Shown: positions 39,178 through 46,409 of the stretch, in pieces | Layout: every line of letters starts with the position of its first letter | Numbering within the stretch: the first letter of the stretch is position 1 | NCBI GenBank assembly: GCA_019636535.1 | Contig: JAHBXK010000018.1 | Coordinates: 2,120 to 66,119, forward strand | Source: Phycisphaeraceae bacterium | GTDB lineage: Bacteria > Planctomycetota > Phycisphaerae > Phycisphaerales > UBA1924 | Direction of reading: 5' to 3' | Length of the DNA: 64,000 bases | Program-made: the position numbers and the translations under genes | Notes under the pieces: model-generated | Seen by the model: only the letters and a program-made list of their open reading frames with translations | Databases searched by the model: none | What the model was told of the DNA's origin: nothing

Positions 39178-40148
39178 CGCACCAACCCCCTTCTCCTCAG
39201 ATACTCCAGCACGAACGTGTCAACCGCCGTGTCGCTCTTGACCGTCATGTGAACGATGTCCCGCTGCGCGCAGAACTCGTGCAGCCGGTTGCAGTACGCG
39301 TTCAGGATCTGCGTGTACTTCTTCAGCAGCGGCGCCGAGATCGTCACCTCCGCCGTGTCGCCGTCCTCCATGTCCTTCAGCCGCAGATCGCCCCCGATCG
39401 TCGGCTGCATCTCCTGCGGACTCAGCACCTGGATCGCGAACAGGTCGTACCCGTGCCCCTTCAGCAGACGCAGCCCCGTCTCGTACCCCTCCTTCACGAA
39501 GAAGTCGCTGACAATCAGCATGACGCCCTTGCCGCGGCGTGACAGCGCCACACGCTTGCAACCGTCCGTGAACCGCGTGCCCCCGCTCGGCTCAAGCCCC
39601 ATCAGGTACGCCGATAGATCCTGAAGCCGGCGCTTGCCGCGAAGATCGCGCAGGCTCGACACCAGGCCCGTCTCGGCCGGACCCGACGGCGTCGATTCGC
39701 CCCTCTCAAACTCGGCGTCGTTCGGCCTGCTGCCGATCGCGCTCACCGCCACGCGGTTCAGGTTCACCAGCCCGATGTACCCCAGCGCCGCGGCGAGCCG
39801 CTGCGCAAACAGAAACTTGCTCGGCTCGCCCGCGTCCATGCTCGCCGAGCAGTCCACCACGATGTGCAGCGAAAGGTCCTCCTCCTCAAGGAACAGCTTG
39901 AGGAACAGCCGGTCCAGCCGCCCGAAGATGTTCCAGTCGATGTGCCGCAGATCGTCGCCGACGACGTACGGACGATGATCGGCGAACTCCACGCTCTCGC
40001 CGCGCCGCTTCGACCGCCGCTCGCCCTTGAGCTTGCCCGAGAACACCTTGCGCGACGTGATGTCCAGCCGCGAAATCCGCGCGGCAACCTCCGGCGAGAG
40101 CAGCTCCTCCAGCGTCGTCGGCCGTGTTGTGTTGGTTGTTCGAAGCAT
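39174..40148 (-). CDS. DUF58-domain protein (MoxR-associated)
   Basis: ESVEFADHRPYVVGDDLRHIDWNIFGRLDRLFLKLF and IVVDCSASM are typical of DUF58 partners of MoxR ATPases. Confidence 0.88.
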   Translation of the reverse strand: MLRTTNTTRPTTLEELLSPEVAARISRLDITSRKVFSGKLKGERRSKRRGESVEFADHRPYVVGDDLRHIDWNIFGRLDRLFLKLFLEEEDLSLHIVVDCSASMDAGEPSKFLFAQRLAAALGYIGLVNLNRVAVSAIGSRPNDAEFERGESTPSGPAETGLVSSLRDLRGKRRLQDLSAYLMGLEPSGGTRFTDGCKRVALSRRGKGVMLIVSDFFVKEGYETGLRLLKGHGYDLFAIQVLSPQEMQPTIGGDLRLKDMEDGDTAEVTISAPLLKKYTQILNAYCNRLHEFCAQRDIVHMTVKSDTAVDTFVLEYLRRRGLVR

Positions 40149-40162
40149 GAGCGTTACAGGAA

Positions 40163-40711
40163 GTACACAGAGGTCACGGAGAAGGCACGGAGCACGCGGA
40201 GCGGGCGGGTCTTGGTTTGACGATCTCTCCCAAAGCAGCCCTCGGCGGCCAGTTGATGCGTCGAACGATCCCGTCCTTCAGTTTGGATCGATGAAAGTTG
40301 ATCAGCAATCCGATTGGGAGCCCCGTGAAGCGGAGATAGCCGAGCAACTGGGCTTCGTCGACTTCTGTAACTGCCGACACAGCCTTGCACTCGACGATGA
40401 GCCCGTCCGCTACCACCAAGTCCACGATCTGCTGCCCAAGGTCGGCCCCCTTGAAACAGACACTGAACGGCACTTGTCGATCGGCGCGAAGACCTCTGAG
40501 AGTGAGCTCGGCAATGAGTGCCCGCTCGTACATCTGCTCGCGCAGGCCGGGACCCAGGTGGCGATGAACCTCGATCGCCGCGGCGATCACGCATCGGCTC
40601 AGCTCGTTAAGCTCGGCCGGTACGGCGACTTTGGTCGCGGCCATTCTCTCCGGTTCAAACACCATGCTTCATGCTCCGCGTCTCTGTGTCTTCTCCGTGA
40701 CCTCTGTGTAC
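40163..40711. mobile_element. Inverted-repeat-bounded low-GC cassette carrying a GxxExxY gene, inserted between moxR and the DUF58 gene
   Basis: Perfect 22-bp inverted repeats are gtacacagaggtcacggagaag (40163-40184) and cttctccgtgacctctgtgtac (40690-40711), with imperfect inward extension. The interior is much lower in GC (40261-40320 is 29/60 G+C by hand count). No transposase is present, so mobility is inferred. Confidence 0.45.
40174..40665 (-). CDS. GxxExxY protein (PD-(D/E)XK nuclease-fold superfamily)
   Basis: GPGLREQMYERAL contains the G-x-x-E-x-x-Y signature (GLREQMY). DLVVADGLIVECKAV supplies the D...ExK nuclease-fold motif. The C-terminal tail ...RSACSVPSP and the stop codon are encoded inside the left inverted repeat. 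Confidence 0.85.
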   Translation of the reverse strand: MVFEPERMAATKVAVPAELNELSRCVIAAAIEVHRHLGPGLREQMYERALIAELTLRGLRADRQVPFSVCFKGADLGQQIVDLVVADGLIVECKAVSAVTEVDEAQLLGYLRFTGLPIGLLINFHRSKLKDGIVRRINWPPRAALGEIVKPRPARSACSVPSP

Positions 40712-40731
40712 CGCCTTCAATCCGCCCCAGC

Positions 40732-41769
40732 TCACACACGCACCGGCTCCTTCGGCGTCGACTCCAATATCTTGCTCACGATCTCGTCCTGACCGATCCG
40801 GTCCGCCTCCGCCTCGAAGTTCAGAATCAGCCGGTGCCGCAGCGCCAGGTGCGCCACGTCCTGCACATCCTTGAAACTCACGTGGAACCGCCCGTCCGTC
40901 ACCGCCTTCACCTTCGCCCCTAGCAGCAGCGCCTGCGCGCCGCGCGGCGAGCTCCCGCACCGAACGTACTTGTTCGTGATGTTCGGCGCGTGCTGGCCTT
41001 CTGGGTGTGTCGCCAGAACCAGACGCGCCGCATACTCCTTCACGTGCGGAGCCACGATGGCCTCGCGGATCAGCGTCTGCGCGGCGAGAATCCCCGGTCC
41101 GTCCAGCACTCGCTGCACCTCCGGCGAGTGCGCGCCCGTGGTTCGGTCCAGGATCGTCATCAGTTCGTCCAGTTTGCTGTACCCCACCACGATCTTGAAG
41201 ATGAAACGATCCAACTGCGCTTCGGGCAGCGGGTACGTCCCCTCCTGCTCGATCGGGTTCTGCGTCGCCAGCACGAAGAACGGCATGTCCAGCTTGTAAC
41301 TCTGCCCGGCCACCGTCACGCTCCGCTCCTGCATCGCCTCCAGCAGCGCCGACTGCGTCTTGGGCGTCGCACGGTTGATCTCGTCCGCCAGCACGATCTG
41401 CGCGAAGATCGGCCCGCGCTGGAACTCGAACCCGCGCCGGCCCGTCGCGGGGTCCTCCGTGATGATGTTCGTGCCGATCACGTCCGCCGGCATCAGGTCC
41501 GGCGTGAACTGAATCCGGCTGAACGGCAGGTGCAGGCACTGCGCCAGCGTCTTGATCAACAGCGTCTTGCCCAGCCCCGGCACACCCTCCAGAAGCACGT
41601 TACCCCCCGCGAACAACGCGATCAGCGTCGCGTCGATCACGTCGCCGTGACCGACGATCACCTTGCCGACCTCGCCGCGCAGTTTCTGAAACGCCTGCCG
41701 GAAGGCCTCGCACTGCGCCTTCACGCGCTCGGGTGTCTCGGGAATGCCTGTTGTCGGAATCGTTGTCAT
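40732..41769 (-). CDS. MoxR-family AAA+ ATPase
   Basis: LLEGVPGLGKTLL Walker A, VLADEINRATPKTQSALLEAMQE Walker B and sensor, and FFVLATQNPIEQEGTYPLPEAQLDRF. ATG at 41769. Confidence 0.92.
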   Translation of the reverse strand: MTTIPTTGIPETPERVKAQCEAFRQAFQKLRGEVGKVIVGHGDVIDATLIALFAGGNVLLEGVPGLGKTLLIKTLAQCLHLPFSRIQFTPDLMPADVIGTNIITEDPATGRRGFEFQRGPIFAQIVLADEINRATPKTQSALLEAMQERSVTVAGQSYKLDMPFFVLATQNPIEQEGTYPLPEAQLDRFIFKIVVGYSKLDELMTILDRTTGAHSPEVQRVLDGPGILAAQTLIREAIVAPHVKEYAARLVLATHPEGQHAPNITNKYVRCGSSPRGAQALLLGAKVKAVTDGRFHVSFKDVQDVAHLALRHRLILNFEAEADRIGQDEIVSKILESTPKEPVRV

Positions 41770-41875
41770 GGCGGCCGTCCGTTGTAATGAGTGTTCCGTC
41801 TGGTGAATGAAACCCGCTCGCAGTGCCCAATGTCCCAACAGATGTGATCCGTGCCCGCTGCCCAGTCCCCGCCGA

Positions 41876-44800
41876 CTAGTCCCCGCCGCCCTTCTCCTCA
41901 TCCCGCTTCATCTCCTCACGCGCCCGCTCCTTGGCCTTGCGCAGCCGAGATATGCCGCTCTCGCCCTGCTCGCCGTCCCCCGCCGCCTTCGACGGCGCCG
42001 ACTTCGCCCTCGGCCGGTCCGCCGCGCTCCCGTCCTCCGCCATCGACGTGATCCGCTTGGACTTCCTCAACTCCGCGTCGCTCACCTCGAACTTGGCCTT
42101 CGACGTCTCCTGGTCTTGCGTCGCCGCCATCTTCGCCTGCCGAAGCGCTGCTGCCTTCTGCTCAGCCGAAAGGTCCGTCCGCTGCTTGATCCCCTCCTGC
42201 GCCCGCTTGCGAGCCTCCTTCAACGATCCGATCTGCTCGCCCGCCCCGGACCGTCCCTTGCCCACGCCCCGCCGGATCGCCGCCGCGATCGCACGCGGAT
42301 CGAACCGGACCCGGCGCACCGCCACGTCCGTCAGGAACAACCCCACCGCCAGGAGCGCCACCTCCAGCCAGATCGACGTCAGCGCCACGGGCATCGCCAG
42401 CCCCGCACGGCTCCACAAGTCGGCACGCGTCGGGTCGGCGTCAAGCACGCGCCCGCCCGTACGCTCGGCCACCAGCCGCAGCAGCGGCGCGTTGTCCTGC
42501 AACGCGCGATACTCCTTCGCAAACGGCCGGGTCACCGCCGTCTGCACGCTCCCCTGCTGCGGCCCACGACCGTCTCTCCCCGGCGCGGTGTACTGCAGGT
42601 TCGTGATGTACGCCCCCGCGCGCGACGTGTCGAACACGCCCTCGTATCGCCCCGGCGCTGTCTGCCTCAATTCCACGCCCTGCGCCTCCCCTTCGGGCCC
42701 AAGCACGCGTGCCCGGAACCGCACAAAGTTCAGCCGCTCGCCCTGATCGTCCAGCGCATCCACGATCACCTTCGTCTGCTCACCCAGATCCTCCGTCGCC
42801 ACACGGATCTCGCTCGATCCGCCCGGCCGCATCGCCCACCGAACATGCTGCTCCCAGAACTGGCGGTAGCGATCCCACCCCGGCCACCCGCGTGCATACG
42901 CCGCACCCGCGTCCGACATGAACGCCACGCTCTTCCCCAGCCCGTGCTGCCAGTGCGCGAGGATCGGGTCGTTCTCCCTGCCGCGAGCCGACACCACGCT
43001 CAGCCCGTCGCGATCGGCCCCGACGATGTACCCCGAGATCGGCGGAAGCGACCCGATGCCCCGCAACGGCTCGCTGATCACGTTCGCCATCGTCGGCGCG
43101 AACGGTGCACCCTCGTACCGCAGCGACCGCTTCACGACCGTCGCTTCCTTGATAAAGATGCTCGGCAACTGCGCAAAGTCGCCCTCGTCGATGATCGGGT
43201 AGAACCGACCGCCCGTCTCCCGCGCCATCCGGCTCATCAACTGCCACTCGGGCCCGCCCGTGGTCCGGGTGTGCGGATAGACCAGCACCGTGCTCACGCT
43301 GATCCGGTTCTGCCGCATCAGCCCAAGCAGGTTCGTACGCGTGAAACTCGGGTCCCCGTCCGAGATGATGATGATGTGCTTTGCGCCCGCGTCCACCGCG
43401 CTCAACGCGTCGTACGCCATCTGCAGCATGCCGTCGAAACTCGGCGCATCGCCGTACGTCATGCTGTTCACGGCCCGCATGATCGCCGCCTTGTTCCCAA
43501 CCTCGCTCAGCGGGAACGTCCACGAATCGCCAGTCCATCCCGCCTCAACGATCCCCGCCATGTCCAGCCGCGTCAGGTTCTGGATCGCCGCCTCGGCCGT
43601 CTTCTTCCCCCAGTAGTTCCCCTGCGGCATCTCGCACGAGTGCATCACCAGCACCAGCGCGCCCCGCGGCATCTGCCGCTTCGCCGGCGGGTCCAGTTTC
43701 ACCGGCAGCGCATCCGCCGTCGGCGTCCCAGTCCACCCGCCCGCGCCGAACGAATCCGGCCCGCCCACCATGATCAGCCCGCCCCCCAGGTCGTGCACGT
43801 ACGCGCGGAGCAGATCGTGCTGCTCGTCTGAAAAATGCCCCGCCGGCGTGTTCACCATCACCACCGCGTCGTACGAGGCAATCTCCACGGGGTTCAGCCC
43901 CGAGGTGTTCGAATTGCGGAAGTTCGCGTCGATCTTCGACTCGCGCAACGCACGGATCAGCGGCTCGGCCTCCACGTCCGACGGCGCCAACACCAGCACG
44001 CGCCCCTCCGCCTGCACAAACGTCACCGCCAGCGCCCGGTTGTTGTCGCGGATCGAATCCGATGCCGGTTCCAAAGGCTCAATGATCGCCTCGTACGTCT
44101 GCGGCCCAGGCACGGGCAGCGTCAGCGGGATCGTGATCGCGTCCAGGCCCGCCGCCACCTCGATCTCCCGGCTCGTGCCGCCACGCTCGGGGTCGAGCGC
44201 GATCGGTATGCCGTTCGCCAGCAGCGACAGACGCCCGCGCGTCGGTTTCTGCGAGCCGATCAAGACCCGCAGGTTGATGTTCTGTCCCACGCGCGCCGTC
44301 GTCGGCGCGATGATCCGCTCGACCACCACCTCGTTCTCGTACCGGAACCGCAGCGGCAGCACGTCGATCGGGATCCCCTTCGCCGACGCAGCCGAGGCCG
44401 CGCTCAGCAGGTCGCCCGTCGTCTCGTTCCCGTCGCTGGCGATGACAATCCGGTTCCCCGTGTCCGACGGCATCACCGCCATCGCCAGCCGCAGCGCCTC
44501 GGCCAGGTTCGTGCCATCCGTTGCGCCCGTCACCACCGTGTCGGGCTCCACGCCCGCCGCCGCCGGCAGCGCCTGCACATACGCCCCACGCGCGGCCGTG
44601 ACGCGTGCCCACAGATCGTCGGTCTTCGCTCCGACCCGGGCGTCCCGAAAGAACTGCACCGCCCGCCGCTGCAGGTCCTTCGGCACCGAGTCCGAAACGT
44701 CCAGGACGATGTTCACCGTGACGTTGCGAGCGTCCTTGCGCCAGTGCGGCTTCGCCAGCGCCCCAACCAGCAGCACCACCACCACGATCCGAACCCCCAA

Positions 44801-44944
44801 CGCCACGCGCCGGCTCGTGGTCCCCAACCCAGACAAACTCTGCCTCCCCCACCACACCAGCAAGGGCACCACGAGCAACAGCAAGAGCAGCCATTGCGGC
44901 TGATCAAACTGCACCGGCCCCAACTGGTTCAATCCTCTCATCAT
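41876..44944 (-). CDS. Large multi-domain vWA / BatB-like membrane protein with charged C-terminal tail
   Basis: N-terminal double TM (WLLLLLLVVPLLVWW ... IVVVVLLVGALA), vWA (VNIVLDVSDSVP ... IVIASDGNET), a second vWA-like module (IIIISDGDPS), a C-terminal TM, and a Lys/Glu/Arg-rich tail. ATG at 44944. Confidence 0.8.
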   Translation of the reverse strand: MMRGLNQLGPVQFDQPQWLLLLLLVVPLLVWWGRQSLSGLGTTSRRVALGVRIVVVVLLVGALAKPHWRKDARNVTVNIVLDVSDSVPKDLQRRAVQFFRDARVGAKTDDLWARVTAARGAYVQALPAAAGVEPDTVVTGATDGTNLAEALRLAMAVMPSDTGNRIVIASDGNETTGDLLSAASAASAKGIPIDVLPLRFRYENEVVVERIIAPTTARVGQNINLRVLIGSQKPTRGRLSLLANGIPIALDPERGGTSREIEVAAGLDAITIPLTLPVPGPQTYEAIIEPLEPASDSIRDNNRALAVTFVQAEGRVLVLAPSDVEAEPLIRALRESKIDANFRNSNTSGLNPVEIASYDAVVMVNTPAGHFSDEQHDLLRAYVHDLGGGLIMVGGPDSFGAGGWTGTPTADALPVKLDPPAKRQMPRGALVLVMHSCEMPQGNYWGKKTAEAAIQNLTRLDMAGIVEAGWTGDSWTFPLSEVGNKAAIMRAVNSMTYGDAPSFDGMLQMAYDALSAVDAGAKHIIIISDGDPSFTRTNLLGLMRQNRISVSTVLVYPHTRTTGGPEWQLMSRMARETGGRFYPIIDEGDFAQLPSIFIKEATVVKRSLRYEGAPFAPTMANVISEPLRGIGSLPPISGYIVGADRDGLSVVSARGRENDPILAHWQHGLGKSVAFMSDAGAAYARGWPGWDRYRQFWEQHVRWAMRPGGSSEIRVATEDLGEQTKVIVDALDDQGERLNFVRFRARVLGPEGEAQGVELRQTAPGRYEGVFDTSRAGAYITNLQYTAPGRDGRGPQQGSVQTAVTRPFAKEYRALQDNAPLLRLVAERTGGRVLDADPTRADLWSRAGLAMPVALTSIWLEVALLAVGLFLTDVAVRRVRFDPRAIAAAIRRGVGKGRSGAGEQIGSLKEARKRAQEGIKQRTDLSAEQKAAALRQAKMAATQDQETSKAKFEVSDAELRKSKRITSMAEDGSAADRPRAKSAPSKAAGDGEQGESGISRLRKAKERAREEMKRDEEKGGGD

Positions 44945-45163
44945 CGCGGATGCGGCCCGGTCGGCTTCGAACGCGTCCAACTCAATCAGACGGCCCGAGC
45001 GCTCGAGCCATGCCAGTCCGCACCCCCACAAGCGATGCACGCCCGCGCCCGCCGTCGGTCCGCGCCCGCAACGCCCGCACGAATACACCTCTTACAGCGT
45101 ACCGACCCCGCAAGTTCCCCGCACGAGTTCTCCCCCTCTCCAACGCCCACGCTCACAACAACT

Positions 45164-46369
45164 TCAAGGCCCCCGAAACACCAGCAGCCGGTTGTTCCTC
45201 CCATCCACCACAAACACCCGCCGGTCCGGCAGACGCACCATCGCCCACGGCGAGTTCAACTCCCCCGGCCCCACGCCCGCCCGCCCCCACGCCCTCAGCC
45301 CACGCCCGCTCCGCAAATCCACGTGCTGAATCCGACCCCCAACAAAGTCGCACACCAACACCGTCCCGTCGCCCACCGCCGCCAGACCCCACGGAAAGCG
45401 AAACCGCCCCGGCTCACCGCTCGGGTCGCCCGGCTCCCCGATCCACCGCACCAGCGTCCCGTTCATCGTGAACACGCCCAGCCGATGGTTCCGCGCGTCC
45501 AGAATCAGCAGCCGACGCCCACGCAGCAGCGGATCGGCCCGCTCCGCCGCCGAAAGCGAACCCTCCACGTCCGCCGCCGCGTCCGCCGTCTCCTCGATCT
45601 CCAGCACCTGCGGACGGTTGAACTCCACCCGATCCCCCGTCTCCGAACTCCCGAACGCCCCGAACGAAAACAAAAAGTTGAAATCGCCGTCAAACACGCT
45701 CACCCGATCGTTGCTGCCGTACTCGCCCACATAAATCCGCGCCACGCGCTCCGCCGCGCTGTCCACCAGCACCGCCACGTCCGTCGGGTAGATGAACTCC
45801 CCCGGCCCGGTGCCGTACCGCCCGTGCATCCGCACGATCGTCGGCTCGACGCGCCGCGCGTTCCCCGAGTGCTTTGCCTCCGCGCGCTCGTGCGCCGTCA
45901 TCGCCGCGGGCGGTTCCACAACCACCACGCGCTGATAGTGCGTGTCGGCCAGGTACAGCAGCCGCTCGCTCCACGCCCCGGTGCTGTCGCGCCCCGGCGC
46001 CACGGTGATCCCCACCGGGAATCCCAACTCCGTGTCGGGCATCCGGAAAATCGTCAGGCACGCCCCGGTCTCCGGGTCGATCTCCTGCACACGCCCGGAC
46101 CGATCAACCACCCACAGCGTCTCCGCAACACGATCAAAGTCGATCGCGCGCGGGTACGCGAAGCGCCCAGGCGTGTCGCCGATCATCCCGATCGTCGCGA
46201 TCACGTCCAGCGGCCTTGCCTCCGCCTGCCGCGAGGACCGCTCCCCGCCCGACGCACGCTCCGAACAGGCGGAGACCGCGCACACCGCCAACAACAGAGC
46301 GACACCCACCGCCCGCGCCGCATTCCGCGCCAAACGACCGCGCCGCGAGTGATCCGCCCGACCGATCAT
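45164..46369 (-). CDS. NHL-repeat (six-bladed beta-propeller type) lipoprotein
   Basis: Signal peptide with lipobox (VALLLAVCAVSAC). Repeated G.PG.F..P.G(I/L)A(V).....L.V.D units, for example GDTPGRFAYPRAI, GPGEFIYPTDVAV, GEPGRFRFPWGLAAV and GPGELNSPWAMV. Confidence 0.75.
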   Translation of the reverse strand: MIGRADHSRRGRLARNAARAVGVALLLAVCAVSACSERASGGERSSRQAEARPLDVIATIGMIGDTPGRFAYPRAIDFDRVAETLWVVDRSGRVQEIDPETGACLTIFRMPDTELGFPVGITVAPGRDSTGAWSERLLYLADTHYQRVVVVEPPAAMTAHERAEAKHSGNARRVEPTIVRMHGRYGTGPGEFIYPTDVAVLVDSAAERVARIYVGEYGSNDRVSVFDGDFNFLFSFGAFGSSETGDRVEFNRPQVLEIEETADAAADVEGSLSAAERADPLLRGRRLLILDARNHRLGVFTMNGTLVRWIGEPGDPSGEPGRFRFPWGLAAVGDGTVLVCDFVGGRIQHVDLRSGRGLRAWGRAGVGPGELNSPWAMVRLPDRRVFVVDGRNNRLLVFRGP

Positions 46370-46409
46370 GCTTCCTCGCCGCCGTCGTGCCGTCCGACTC
46401 ACCCGTTGC

